Shown here: positions 25,387 to 38,759 of the stretch, in pieces
How positions within the stretch are numbered: position 1 is the first letter of the stretch
How the letters are laid out: each line of letters opens with the position of its first letter
Program-made: the position numbers and the translations under genes
Notes under the pieces: generated by a model
What the model was told of the DNA's origin: nothing
Databases searched by the model: none
What the model saw: only the letters and a program-made list of their open reading frames with translations
Assembly: GCF_004010195.1 (NCBI RefSeq)
Contig: NC_057756.1
Coordinates: 4,634,504-4,698,503 of the forward strand
DNA: 64,000 bases
Direction of reading: 5' to 3'
From: Chiloscyllium plagiosum
Taxonomy: Eukaryota

Positions 25387-25745
25387 TGGGCGATGTTGTG
25401 GCTCTATAGTTAGCACTGGTACCTCACAACGACAGGAACCCAGGTTTGATACCATCCTTGGGTCGCTGTTTGTGTGGCAGTTGCACATTTTCCCATGTCT
25501 GTTTGGATTTCCTCTGGAGGGTTCTTGTTTCCCCCGACAATTCAAAGATGTATTGATGAGGTAGACTGGTCATGTGAAATTGCCCATAGTGTCTGGGGAT
25601 ATGCATGTTAGGTTGATTGGCCGTGTGAAATGTAAGTTTACAGAGATAAAGTAGCAGGGTGGGTCTGCGTGGGATACTCTTTCGAGGCTTAGTGTGGGTT
25701 TCAAGTGCGGAATCTCCTGATTCCACCCTCTAGGGATTCTATGAT
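25387..25745 (+). mobile_element. HE1-type SINE, diverged
   Basis: Colinear with young HE1 copies. Confidence 0.75.
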
Positions 25746-26025
25746 TGATGATAACTGCAAAGTAGAGCTGAAAATACATTTTCAGCTCTGATCTCCATCA
25801 TCTGCAGTCCTCACGTTCTCCTAGATAACTACAATGTAGTAAAACGTAAATGGCTACTTTGAAGATGGAGGTTTTTTGCTCATATTGTGTCGAGATAGCT
25901 GACATTTGGTTGATTTTTTAAAACTTTCTGTTGAAGGAATTTGTTACAGGGAATACAATCCCAAAATACTGTATGTGCCGAAATGGCACATGACAAGGAG
26001 ACAAAATGCATCTCAGCCAGAGGTA

Positions 26026-26990
26026 CACAGGGGAACCTTGATAATCCGAACGAAATAGGTGGGCACTACTTCGTTTGGATAATCGATTATTCAGTTAATC
26101 GATTAAATGCCTTTCCTCTGGGGCTCGGAGGTTTTATAGTTTGTTCCCCGTTTAGGAGGCTGCAGCAACACACAGTGCATGAGACCTCGCCCCTGTCCAA
26201 CACCGCTCCACCAACCCCAAACCCCGTCCAACACCACCCATCCCCAAACTCAATCCAACACCGCCCTGTCCCCAATTCCCATCCACCAGCCCCCCCGCCT
26301 GGGTCCGCCACCGCCCCGTCCCCAAACACCGTCCAACATCGCCCCCACCCACGTACATGCCCCTGTCCAACACCGCTCCCACCCCTAACCCATGCACACA
26401 GATATCCATCCCGCTCCTCTCCGAGGCAGCTGGACTGTGCACCAACAAGACTGCTGCCGCTGCCTTTGTGGGACAAGTCTCCAATTAGCACACACACACA
26501 GCAACAGCCACGCACACAACCTTTTGCTGCAACTTTTTGACAGGTTCCACGTTAACCCTACACAGGACAATGGTGGAGAGATTATCTGGGGAAGGGCGAT
26601 TTAGGGTACACCCCTCTGCAGAACTCCAGGGAAAGTGTGGGGAGAGACTGAGGGTGGGAGGTCAGTCATTTGGAGACGGTGCTTGTTTAATCACTGTAAA
26701 GAAAAGACGTGATCACTGTTGGAAACGCATCTTTGATGCAATGTTTTTACCGGGACCTCGAGCTCTTCTTCAGAAAGTTGGTATTCTGATATTCAAGGTT
26801 CCCCTGTATCAGCTAGCCAGACGTGGATTGGACAATATCATTTTGTAAATGTTCAATACTGTCTGTGTTTAACTAATAAAAGATTAATAGGACCGCAATT
26901 GCTGTAAACAATTAAATATTATGTTTCTAAAGTATGTGAAAAGCTTTCATGGCTTCGAAGACACCGTGGAAATACTCCTGGAACTGCAGG
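26026..26990. mobile_element. Probable Tigger/pogo-like non-autonomous DNA transposon remnant with C-rich internal repeats
   Basis: Starts after TA with (ca)caggggaaccttgataatccgaac and internal ggataatcgattattc palindromes. ccctgtccaacaccgctcc repeats at about 26191 and 26361. Right end not located. Confidence 0.4.
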
Positions 26991-29428
26991 TTTTGGTAGC
27001 TCAACTACTGTGAGTGAATAAGTCCAAACAGAGAAGACAAGAGGATAGAAAGTAAGTAATCATGATGTAACAACATTTAATATTGAAACTGATTAGTAAG
27101 TAACTTCAGGAAATTCAGGTCATAACGGGAGTGAGTAGCATTGATACAATGACGAAAACTTGATTTAGAAAACGATGTCTGTAAATTCAAGCACAATATA
27201 CTTTAATTGTTATGTGAATGAGAAGGAGAACTAACTACAGACCGATATGCACGCCAAAGATTTAGAAAATGTAGACTTTCAGAAGCTTGTATCTGGCTTT
27301 CTTATGAACAAGTTGACAGCTACATTAATAAGACTTATCGATGCTTCAGAATTGTGAAGTTTGAATTGTATGCACTCTGATTGTTTTGGTATTTAGTTGC
27401 CAAGTCTCTGTGTTCGTGAAATAGGCAATTGGACTAACAGATCATGTCATGATGTGAAGTCACGTGTTGCAATTACACGAATGTATGTTAAATCACTTGA
27501 CTGTGATGAATTCAGCAATAGTTTCTAAACATAGAAAAAAGTTTAATTTTTTTGTGATTTCGTTCTATTTTGATATGAATATACTTCTCAGATTTTATAA
27601 GCTACAAATGTGTTTTGCATGTATTTTCTTTTTTCTGTGCATGACAAAACTTTCCAGCAACAAATTTCTAACAAGTGCTACTAAGGAAAGATACAAAGAT
27701 GTAATTAAAACTTGAATATCTGATTGTATTCAGTCACATTAAGATTGAATACAATCAAACAAGTGGCGTGCTAATATTATTACATAGATTGAGCAATAGA
27801 TTGTCAAACTATATATTTATAACTTCAAATCTGTTTTCTATATGTTATCAGCTTCCAGCTGTCTGACTTCTAAGCTACCTACACAGTACTTGTACTCTCG
27901 AAAGAGCAGAAGGCACAGATCATTCCATGTTAGGTCACTGCCAAACTCTGCCTCGTCAATGCACTTTGCCTCCTACCATAATGAACATCATCTTTTTTCC
28001 ACTTGGATTCCGCATTTGATCAATTGACACGAAACATGAAAGATAATAACATTCCAGTGATGGCTGAATTGTGCTGTGATAACACTGCCTTTATAATGAT
28101 TAAAAAGTACAAACATTGGAAACAGTTTCGTTTTAGTAATTTGCAATTAATCACTCAAATATGCCTTTTCCTTTCTATATTGTAAGTGTTTTACAGCATA
28201 TTGCAAACCTTCACTCTTTGAATCGAAGAAAACCATGTACGATTCCGTAGCTGTGCCAACTTAATTTTGTGTCACATGGCAACACCTCCAAATAAATGGT
28301 TCATAAAACAGTGAGAATAACACAAATTTCTGAATTACAAAACCAGAAAATATTGACAAAGTTTTACAGCTCAATCAGCACATCTAGTAAAGGCTAAATG
28401 GGCATTGCTGGTATTTTGAAATGGACATTCTAATTTATAATATTAAAAACAACATGAAGAATGAATTTAAAAAGTCAAAAGAAAACACTAAGTAAACTGA
28501 TTTGTGAGGAACAACCAGACATATCAACAGCAACAACAGATGAAAGAGTTATTCATTCTAATTATGATATAGAACAAGGAATGATTATTTGCTCCATTTA
28601 TTTTAATGGGAATACGCCCCTAAAAGGTGAGATAAAATGAGATACTTAAAAGGTTAATAAATTTAATGTAGAGAGCAAGGATTTCTTGGAAGTGGACAGA
28701 GCAACGAGATTAAAAAAGAAAGGTTTGTCAGGGGTTGTTAGAAGAATACTTTCAGCCGGTTATATTAGGATTGAATGCCAATGTTGACTGGCTTCTTGCT
28801 TGGAGTGTGTTTGCGGGAGACATATCAAAGAGGAGTGTTCAATCCTGTGAACCGTACCATAAGTGATCTTTGTGCAGGGTTCTATTACCACATATCTGGG
28901 AGAAGCCAGAACCATTTCAAACTTGGCCTTCACGTGGGGTACAGTTGCCCTCTTAATCACAGCTCGGTTCGAGGGTCAATGACACTCCGAGTTCCCCAGA
29001 GGAACACAATATGTTTACACCCTTCACGATACAATAGTTACATGCAACATTGATGTTATTTCTAGCTACATGCCCCTAATCTATAATTATTATCCAGTAA
29101 ACACAGAGTCCATGATGGGCAAGTCCATGGAAAGCCCTAGGTCCTCTGATAATCTTATCATATTTACCAGATACTTCCACCACCTACCTTTGTGATCTTA
29201 GATTGCTTCTGACAGTTTATTTTTCCCTGACATTTGACAGCTGCAATGCCTTATTTGCCAATCACCAAAATATTCGATTTTGTGAAGAAATCTTTCACAC
29301 TCTGTACTAATTTATTAAAGCAGATTATAAAGACTATTAATCACTACCAATTGTTGTAAAGTTCTGAAAAACAACCCGAATGTTAAGTTACTGTGGTACA
29401 GCTGAGAAATTGAGAACAACCATTCCCC

Positions 29429-29562
29429 ATGGCAATCACCTGATGAAGGAGCGTCGCTCTGAAAGCTAGTGTGTTTCCAATTAAACCTGTTGGACTATAA
29501 CCTGGTATTGTGTGATTTTAAACTTTGTACTCCCCAGTCCAACACCAGCATCTCCAAATCAT
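29429..29562 (+). mobile_element. 134-bp Penelope-derived element (family 2) with 11-bp flanking direct repeat
   Basis: AACCATTCCCC at 29418-29428 and 29563-29573. Confidence 0.85.
29437..29471 (+). ncRNA. Minimal type I hammerhead ribozyme motif
   Basis: Stem I CAC/GUG, CUGAUGA 29440-29446, stem II GGAGC-GUC-GCUCU, GAAA 29461-29464, palindromic AGCU, cleavage triplet CUA. Confidence 0.75.
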
Positions 29563-30309
29563 AACCATTCCCCCACTTCAGCTTGAGCTGAAGTCCCTTT
29601 GACTTGCAACTGCAGTTTATGACTCCTGCTATTTACAAGTTGTAAGTGGATTTTAAAATAAAATTTAATTTTCAAATGAATCGTTACTATTTCCACTCTA
29701 AACATTTCCCATTATTAATGGGAAAGTCCCTTAAACAAAACTTGTTTAGATCCCACAAACAACTAGGGGATAAGCACATATTCTGTCTGTAGTTTGTAAT
29801 CTGTCTTTGTTATCCTTCTCTGGATCTTTGGATGTAAGAATTTGCTCAAAAGAACCACACCGTCACTGAAGTTTCAAATGCTTATCTCTCCCCATCGATG
29901 CATTTCTTTACATAACCTTCCTACTCCCGCCCTCCTGTGGCAGTGGTTTCATCGGAATTGAGTTTACAAAATTTGTTCATGTTTTCTTCCCTAATCATGC
30001 AGTTGGCCGGTTTATTACCTTGAAATATTTGATCGAGTAATGCAACTAACCTTTTCACACTGATTTATTATTTGGGTTTATAATTCTACAATTACCCAAA
30101 GAGTTCCAAATACTATAGAATCAGGTCTTTCCTCTTTTCCTTCTACTTTTTACCGGGACTGACCAAACCATGCCTTGCAAAAATGCCCCTCATTAGAATG
30201 CTTATACACTTAGAACTGCCAGTTGACACAAGCCTCATTAGTTTCCATAGTTATTCTTGTTACAGAGAATCTCATCATAACCAACATAGCTATATGTAGG
30301 CTACCAGTC

Positions 30310-31862
30310 TGTGAACATCAAAATGTTCGGTTCGAGAGGAATGCGGCATAGGGTCACCTTCCCCGATGGCTCCGGACGCACCTATGCCCACTGGCACCAC
30401 CGCAGACATCAGATCAGTCTTCCTGGCGTCAACACAATTAAAGCAACTCTCTCAATGCGCACTGGGCAGACTATCTGGTGGAAGTATTCACCGATATGTT
30501 CAAACACTCCCTCCAACAACTCAACATCCCCACCTGCTTCAAGAAGACCATCATCATCCCTATACCTAAGAAGCACATTCAACATACCTTCATGACTACC
30601 GGTCAGAGGCTCTGACCTCCATAATCGTGAAGTGCTGTGAGAGGCTGGTCATGGTCCAAATACACTTTAGTCTCTCAGCTTGCCTCGATTCCCGACAAAT
30701 TTTCTACCAAAATAGCGGATCCACAGCAAACGCTCTCACTCTGCACTCATCTCTGGAACATATAGACGGCAAAAATAATTATGTTAGACTGTTGCTCATC
30801 GACTACAGCGCTGCCATCAATACCATTACCCTCTCCAGACTGATCTCAAAACTCCAAGACGTGAGTCTTGGCTCTGCTCTCTGCAATTACATCTTCTGCT
30901 TTCTGACCACAGATGTCAATCCGTGAAGATAAACAAATGCACATCTTCCACGATAACACACAACACTGGTACCCCCAAAGTTGCATCCTGAGCGCTCCAC
31001 TGTACTCCATGTACACCCACGACTTCGTTGCCAAATCCAAATGAACGCCGCCTACAAGTTTGCTGATTATACCACCATCATAATATTCCTTCCAACCTAT
31101 CCAGTCCACCCTGCACTCCGACCTATCACAATCACCTCCTACCTGCATCCATCTATCATCTTCTTAGCTATCTTTTCCCTCACACCAACCCCCTCCTATT
31201 TATCTCTCAGCTCCCTTGTCACCCTTTCCCCAAATCCGTCGGCTCTCCTGTTCCTCCGATGTTGCCTGACCTGCTGCGCTTTTCCAGCGCCACTCTTCTT
31301 AACCCTGATCTCCAGCAACTGCAGTCCTCACTTTCTTCTAGTGGATATCTAACAATGACAAATCAGGATACAGAACGGAGATAGAGGTCTTGGTGACGTG
31401 GTGCAATGAGAGCAACCTATCTCTCAATATCTGCAAAATCAAAAAAACTGACTTAAGAAAGAAAAGAGGAGAGCATTCCCCATCTACATCAACGGTGCTG
31501 AGGTTGAGAAGGTAGAGAGCGTCAAGTTCCGAGAAGTGATGATAACCAATGACCTCTCCTGACTTCCAGCGAAGATGTGACTTTCAAGATGGCATAATAA
31601 CGCCTCTTCGTTCTGTGGTGGCTCAGGAAATTTACTGTGTCCAAAAGGACTCTCACTAACATATGCAGAAGCACCATTGAGAACATACTGCCCGGGTGCA
31701 TAATGGTCTGGTATGGCATCCATACTGCCCAAGAACGGAAAAAGCTGTGGAAGGTTTTGTGCACCACTCACACAAACATGGAAGCCAGCCTTACATCCCT
31801 GGAGCCCATTTAGATGGTTCGTTGCCATAGAAAGGCTGCCAAAATCATCAAAGACCCATCAT
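30310..31862 (+). mobile_element. Rex1/Babar-like LINE RT, disrupted, with nested Penelope-derived insertion at about 31085-31340
   Basis: KCCERLVM...LHSSLEHID..YVRLLLIDYSAAINTI and KFADYTT (FADD box); continuation INGAEVEKVESVKF. Confidence 0.88.
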
Positions 31863-31959
31863 AATGTTTGCATGCATTATGGTTTGGGACTGTGCTCTGT
31901 GTGTGTGTCCGAGAGAAAGAGAAGAGAGACAGCGAAAGAAACAGACAAAAGGAAAGAAA

Positions 31960-32020
31960 ATGGAAAGAGCGATTCCGAAGCTTCTGCAACTTCTATTTTC
32001 ATTTTTCCTATTTGGCTCTG
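31960..32020 (+). pseudogene. Gene B leader exon (MERAIPKLLQLLFSFFLFGS)
   Basis: Kozak aaaATGG, signal-peptide-like, phase 1 end with weak donor CTG|GTTACA. Confidence 0.45.
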
Positions 32021-32613
32021 GTTACATCGTATCTCTTGGAATTCGTCTTATGCTGTCTGGGATAGGATGTAAAATAGTGAAAAAGGGGAAAATGGATGTC
32101 TGGCTGTAAACACAGAGTGGAAGTCCAGTCTGCAGCATACATGGAGATCTAAAAGGATTATTTTTAACTTATAACCATGCGATTGTCTTCTCTTTTTATT
32201 TTGCCAAACATTATCTCCAACTTTTGGTTCATCAAATCATTTCTGCTTTATCATTTCTCACGTTTGGTTATCATTTTCTGCGTCATTTGCTGCAGTTTTG
32301 TTTTTTTTTCCAGCGCTGTCCATTTGTGTTGGTTATCTTTGAATCTACCTTTGAAATCTTGTTTTTGAATTAGTTCACAATTTCTCTAAAAAAACAAGTC
32401 AAGTTGCTGTGATATTGGTGAGTATTTTATTTCTCCACATTCCTCCCACAAAAGTTTAAATCTTGAAATATTGTTCAACATTTATACTTGATCCATGTGT
32501 TTGTGATCTGTGATCCCATTGTCTTATTGGCATACACCCCTGGGAAATAAAGAAAATAACTTGTAGTGACGTATAATGGCCAGCTGAGTCCAAGTGGTTT
32601 AATTTATTTACAG

Positions 32614-32951
32614 TACAGAGAAGTAATGTTTAACGAATAAAAGAAACTTGGTGTGATTACCCACTTCAGCAGCTATATGGATAAAAATGACACTTAGAAG
32701 AACCTTTGTTGCACAGCCTAAAAGGTTCTGTTTTATCATTGTCTCACTGCCAACCTGCTTCGGAGAACAAAAAGAGTCCGCTGTGTGATAATAAGTATTG
32801 CTTACGAACACACTTGCGTACATCCTGTGAAGCCTTTTGCCTTGAAGACCAGCATCCGAAAAAAAGGAAAGTGATATTGGTACTGTGTGTGTGGAGCTTG
32901 ATGACTCGTTGGCACGAGGCATTGTCAAGGTTTGTTTAAACATCGCACAAA
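32614..32951 (+). pseudogene. Gene B: decayed CD300/pIgR-like IgV exon
   Basis: Acceptor atttatttacag; 338 nt. In shifting frames: KLGVITHFSSY...KNLCC / RFCFIIVS / RV-PLCDNK / KESDIG-WYCVCGA / IVKVCLNIAQ, following the CD300/pIgR order CxY..KYWC..CxIIVS..RVSxxDN..DxGWYWCG; many stops. Confidence 0.45.
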
Positions 32952-33201
32952 GTAGTTCAACTCCGAATGTTGAGGCACTGCCCTGAGAGTGGATATCACG
33001 TTTTTTTTTTATTTCGTTGTATCAAAATTAAGACATTCTGACCGATCTTGCAGAATATATTTTCAGATTTTCGTTAACAGTTTCCCTTTCCAATGAATAG
33101 GTTTAAATTCATTCAATCATTCCTTGTGGAAATTCATGTCAATTATCCGATATGAGTTCAACTTGCTTCTACAATCTATCTCTGACTGGCCCGAAATCAG
33201 T

Positions 33202-33525
33202 GGGCGGCACGGTGGCACAGTGGTTAGCACTGCTGCCTCACAGCGCCAGAGACCCGGGTTCAATTCCCGCCTCAGGCGACTCTCTGTGTGGAGTTTGCAC
33301 ATTCTCCCCGTGTCTGCGTGGGTTTCCTCCGGGTGCTCCGGTTTCCTCCCACAGTCCAAACCTGTGCAGGTCAGGTGAATTGGCCATGCTAAATTGCCCG
33401 TAGTGTTAGGTGCAGAGATAAATGTAGGGGAATGGGTCTGGGTGGGTGCGCTTCGGCGGGTCGGTGTGGACTTGTTGGGCCGAAGGGCCTGTTTCCACAA
33501 TGTAAGTAATCTAATCTAATCTAAT
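33202..33525 (+). mobile_element. HE1-type SINE, full length, young
   Basis: tRNA-derived head with A box TGGCACAGTGG and B box GGTTCAATTCC, conserved core, (TAATC)n tail. Confidence 0.95.
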
Positions 33526-36204
33526 TATTACACAACTGAATATATGTTCTGAATGGTATACAGATAAATCAGAATTCGACGCTTCATGAGACAAATCCAC
33601 TTAGGATATGGACGTTTCAAAAATCATAATTAGTTTTGCTCACAGTTACACCTGCGTCAATTTTATGAGGATGTAACATGGGTGAACCTACTTCTGCTGT
33701 GTTGCTGTTGGTCGTGACCGGAAATCCTGCAAAATTCCTTATTCCATTCATTAATGGCACATTGAAATGTCCTGCTTTTGAGCTGCTGGTTTTGGACGCC
33801 CTGGTTTGAAACTTTTCTGAGATTCTGCATTCTGCCATGTCACATTATCCACAGACAGGTCATAAATTTAATGCAGCATGCACTGACCTTTTGAAAATGT
33901 TGTTAATTTGCAATATTAATTCTGAGCCACGAGCACTTGAGGTTCTATTGTGTCATTCACCATGCAGTTGAAATTCAATGTGGAAACACAGTTAATTTTG
34001 ACAGTGGTCAGTACACAATCAGCCTCCATCCCCCCATACCGTCCTCAAATAGCTGTAGTATTTGACTGCACTGGGGCAATTTAACAGAATATGGTTGCTC
34101 CACCACCAGTGATCACAGGAAAGCCATGTATAAGAATAAGTGTTCACAATAAAAAGGTGTATTTGACCATCAGTTTAATGTTACAGCCTGAAAAAGCAAC
34201 ACCTTTCCCAGCATGTAGATATCACAGTTAGCATGTCTTTGCATATGCAACTGCGCATTCCTACCCGAATCTCTGTTTACCAATAGTTTGCACTGCACAC
34301 CAATCCTTAGCCACATGTTGTTCTAAAATCCTGTATCTGCTCCTGCATATTTTGTTCCCCAGTACTTATAATACAATGGCGTCATTATTTTATATGGGGG
34401 AATAATATATTTCAAAGATTAAAGCATTTCAATATTCTCACCTTATTCAGCAACAGCAATCGCAAACAAAAATAAAATAAAACTATTACAAGTTTCATTT
34501 CACTTTCGGAGCAAAAACAAATGACTTGCATGTCCACACCAATATTTCAGTTAATGAATAATTGATGCACTCAACTGTTGTCTATTATAACGGGCTTTGG
34601 GGGTTATCATGCCTGATATTAATACAGTCTGTTATGCAAAATATTGCATTCCTTGTTTTTAATGTCCTCATTTTCCTCGAATTTTTTTAATCCAAATTGC
34701 AGCTCTTGAGCATCTGTTACATCAACCAAGCCAACTCCAGTTGTGCATAATGTGGCATGCGAGGATCATATGGAATATTCTGTACAGGGTGCAATTGCAA
34801 CATCTCTGTTGAGACAGAATATCTCAATGAATGCCTTCAACATCCACTTTCAGCATGAAAGAGTTTATTGTTTTACAGCGGAGGGGAGATAGCCTCTGCC
34901 AAGCCAGTATCTTCTCAACTAAAAAAAAAACATGTTTTATATATTTGCTTTTAGTCGGCCTTGTCTATTACAGGCCAATCGTATCTTTTGATTATATGTA
35001 CAACCAATCAAGTTACTCATGTGATTTCATGATGTTTTCCAGACACCCCTTGGGTCTAAATGTTTTTCCAACCACGTCCTAGGATTAGCTGCTGCATCAT
35101 TTGAACAATACATCTCTAGTGATAGGAAGCTGCAGGGCTACTTCTGTCTGGCTTGCACTAAAATCCACAGAAATCTTGTTAAATTCCTTCATTCATTACA
35201 ATATCTTAAAATTCCATTTTAATACATGGCATATGGGCTGCAATTACCTGGGAGTCTTAACTGATGTGGGTCAGGCTCTTCCTTTCTATCCAACAATCAA
35301 TACCGGTCTTTCGGGGGGTTCTATCAGTTTTCCTCAAAAGATTACCTTATAAAACTGTCACTACACAGGCAGCAGTTCCACAGGGTCGGTTGCATATATT
35401 TCACACGACCCTATGTTTGGTTTTTTTTCACCTACTTACTTTGGATAGGTTCCTACTCTGACATTATATGATTACTTTAGCTTGGAGTTTAACTCAAAAC
35501 ACTAGTTTAAATTCTATGATGAACTATAGAAGGTGCTGCTCCACGTAGAAAAGCATCTTCTCAGTCATTTTATGTCAACTGAGAAACACTTTCAGCCATT
35601 TCATAGTGCTTGAGATATGACCAGCCCTAACACCAACTCCAAGACCAAGCAAACAAGTGAAGTTCATTTTCAAAGGCCTACCATCTGCTACAGCATCATC
35701 ATTATCAAATAACGATGGCATTATTTCTATGTTCTGGCCCAGTCAGAGAACTGCATAGCAGGGACATCAACCATGGTTGCAGAGGTTAATCTTTGTCCGT
35801 CTGTAACTGTCTCTGCAAAACATATTTTTTTTTCAAAAGTAGCAGTTACTCACACAAACGTGGAAGAATTGGTACCAGTAATCCAGATCTCTTGCTCTTA
35901 TTAAACTCAACTGCGTTATAATAGAAGTTTTTAATGATATATGTGCACAACATATTGTCGCCACTGTGTTTTGGAGAAATGAAGAGACATGTTATGAGGT
36001 GGCATGCATGGCATCATTAGCAGCCTTAAGATATGCGTAGCTAGAGCACTGGGGATATTTCACAAGTCCTCAGTGGCTCTTTTGAATCGGCCAGACATAT
36101 AAAAGATCCAAGCGCTTGTCGCCTTCACAGTCACCAAGATAGGATAGTCCCAACTCATGAGGTTGCTGCTTCCATTGCAGCGTTTGGCATAATTAAGTGA
36201 TGGG

Positions 36205-36420
36205 ACATAGAACATAGAAGATAGAACATTACAACGCAGTACAGTTCCTTCAGTTCCCCTGCACCCATCTGTCAAACCAATCTGAAGCGCATCTCAGCTA
36301 TGCTATTGCATTATCGTCCATATATTTATCCAACGCCCATTTTCATACCGTTAATATTGGCGAGTCACTATTGCTGCAGTCAGGGCATTACACGCCCTTA
36401 CCACGCTGTGAGAAAAGAAT
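36205..36420 (-). mobile_element. CR1 3' tail fragment
   Basis: catagaacatagaa...cagtacag is the reverse complement of the CR1 3' end seen at about 55040-55078. Confidence 0.65.
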
Positions 36421-36886
36421 TGTCAACCTGCACGGATATAAGCCTACCACATCTATAGGCAATGAAGTCGAGAATGATGGACTCGATTTGCTTGCAAATC
36501 CTGAGGGGATTTTTTGGTTCAACTTCTTGGAATTTGATCCGATTTCCCTCTTTTCCTGGGCTTCCTGACAAATCTATTGCACTTTCGTTTCTCAGTGCCT
36601 TGCACATGACACCAACAAAACCACTCAATGTGCCTGGAATCATAGAGAATATTTCCAATGCAGAAGCAGAAAGGTTTTGCTGCAATTATGTTGGGCCTTG
36701 GTGAGACAACATCTGAAGTATTGCGTTGCTGTTCTTTCTTGTTACCGGAGAATGTTCTCAATATGAAGACAGTCCAACGATGGTTTACAGGGCTGATTCT
36801 TTGATAGCAAAACTAATGTATAACAAGAGTTTGGGTTAAAACTCACACAACACCAGGTTATAGTCCAACAGGTTTAATTGGAAGCA

Positions 36887-36921
36887 CACTAGCTTTCGGA
36901 GCGACGCTCCTTCATCAGGTG
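36887..36921 (-). ncRNA. Minimal type I hammerhead ribozyme motif, fully paired
   Basis: CAC CUGAUGA A GGAGC GUC GCUCC GAAA GCUA GUG. Confidence 0.8.
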
Positions 36922-37222
36922 ATAGTGGTGGGCTCGATCGTAACACAGAATTTATAGCAAATATTTACAGTGTGATGTAACTGAAATTATACATTGAAAA
37001 ATCGATTGTCTGTTAAGCCTTTCATTTGTTAGAATACAGTGATAATTTCACTTCTTTCATGTGTAAATCACAAAACCTTTTTTTTAAAGTTGCATTCTCG
37101 GGTTAGCTGTTAAACAATGGTGATAGCTAGACAATATGTTGAAGGTGTTAGCCCCTGTGTTCTCTGTCTATGCCATGATGTTTAGATTGATTCTAATCTA
37201 AAAAGTGAGATAACAGAGTTTT

Positions 37223-37359
37223 NNNNNNNNNNNNNNNNNNNNNNNNNNNNNNNNNNNNNNNNNNNNNNNNNNNNNNNNNNNNNNNNNNNNNNNNNNNNNN
37301 NNNNNNNNNNNNNNNNNNNNNNNNNNNNNNNNNNNNNNNNNNNNNNNNNNNNNNNNNNN
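37223..37359. other. Assembly gap (137 N)
   Basis: Run of N. Confidence 1.
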
Positions 37360-37489
37360 ATATCTGTGTGTGTGTGTGTGTAGTGCAATGGTGATCACCT
37401 GTAATGTGACATGAACCCAAGGTCCTGGTTGAGGCCCTCCCTATGGGTACCAAACTTAGTTATCAGTTTGGGTGGTTTGTAAATTTGTT

Positions 37490-37860
37490 CATTTGAGCTT
37501 AGGGGAACGGGGATGGTCTCATAGACATTAAGAAAATTCTAATATTATTAGACAGGGTAAGCATAGTAAGGATGTTCCCGATGACAAGGGAATGCGGAAG
37601 TAGGGGTGACAGTGTCAGGATACAGGGTCGATCATTTCAGACTGCAATGAGGAGAAATTTGCTCTCTTACACAGCTGTGAGCCTGTGGAATTTTCTGCAA
37701 ACGAACGTGGTGGAGGCTAAATCACCGAATGCTGTGAAAAACGGGCTAGATAAAAAGCTGGTTGAAATTGGGTAGCAGGTAATGATGAGCTATCATAATC
37801 ACGAATAAGCAATAGGTTAAAAAGGTTTGCATAGCCCATTCCTGTTCCTCTTTTCTGTTC
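37490..37860 (+). mobile_element. CR1 3' fragment
   Basis: MFPMTRECGSRGDSVRIQGRSFQTAMRRNLLSYTAVSLWNFL matches the CR1 ORF2 C-terminus. Confidence 0.8.
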
Positions 37861-38759
37861 CCCTGCCAACAACAAACCTCTGTGGTAAAGATAAGGAACA
37901 AATTATTAATTGGCCTTTATTAATGAGACATTGGCATCATTCACAAGTTATGACATAACATCACTCTATACAAAGGAACTTTGAAGAATAACACTAGGAT
38001 AAGTTGTTTTTTTTTAAATTATTCATTCATTGGATGATGGTGCCACTGGTAAGGCTAGCATTTATTGCCCACCGTTAGTTGCCAGAGGATTTATAAGAGA
38101 CAACCATATTGCTACGTGCCTGGAGTCACATGTCGATCAGACCAGATGAGGATGATAGATTTTCTTCCCTAAAGGATACTGGTTAACGAGATGAGTTTTT
38201 CCAACATTGGTTTCATGGTCATCATCGTTCTCTCAGTTCGAACCCAGGTCCTCAGAACATTAGCTAAGTGTCTGCATTAACAGGCCATCGCCAACTCATC
38301 GAATGACTGTACGTGAAAATTTCACAACTATCATTTTTATGACAAAAGCTCTGACAATGAGGTCGGGAAAGAGAATAGGACACGATATATCATGTACGAG
38401 GACAGAGCCTTTCTCTCCATATTCCTGAATCATTTGCAGATTGCATCATGATATGTGAGGGTCTTTTAGAGTATACTCAAAAATTAAGTTGATAATGAGA
38501 GACGTCTGTGCCTCTCTGCCAATGATGTCCTTCATATCTTTGTGCTTTGTTTGAAACATTTACCATTTTAAAATTTGTCTCAGATTGCCTCTGCCTTACA
38601 GACATGCTTATCTTCAAACTGCAATGAACCATGATATGGGCACAATTTCTTGTGAACAAATTCATCCAAAATGATGAACTGCTTGATGTGTGCATGCATG
38701 ATGATACGAATTGAAACTACTTCAACCGTATTCAAGATCATTGGGTTTGTCTCTTGATT

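Larger units (their letters stand above)
36835..37467 (-). mobile_element. Penelope-derived element (family 2), young, spanning the assembly gap
   Basis: Colinear with the left arm of the 41666 element; perfect hammerhead at 36887-36921. Confidence 0.85.

Noticed and set aside
25950..26022. Possible tail exon with NTVCAEM, one base from an ITSM-like TVYAEM
   Set aside because: Phase 0 does not fit the upstream phase-1 donor, the donor is weak and abuts a transposon end, and the motif requires assumed mutation.
25941..26604. Overlapping 110-199 aa ORFs, Pro-rich and Gly-rich
   Set aside because: They arise from C-rich low-complexity repeats inside a probable DNA-transposon remnant; open on several frames and both strands.
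28760..30290. Possible Gypsy pol and LTR remnants
   Set aside because: Only faint similarity (MSGKNKLSEAI near 29200); too decayed to support a call by eye.
33202..33275. tRNA-like sequence with A and B boxes (also 53326 and 61256)
   Set aside because: It is the head of the HE1 SINE, not a tRNA gene.
37182..37453. ORFs containing X runs
   Set aside because: Artefacts of the N gap.
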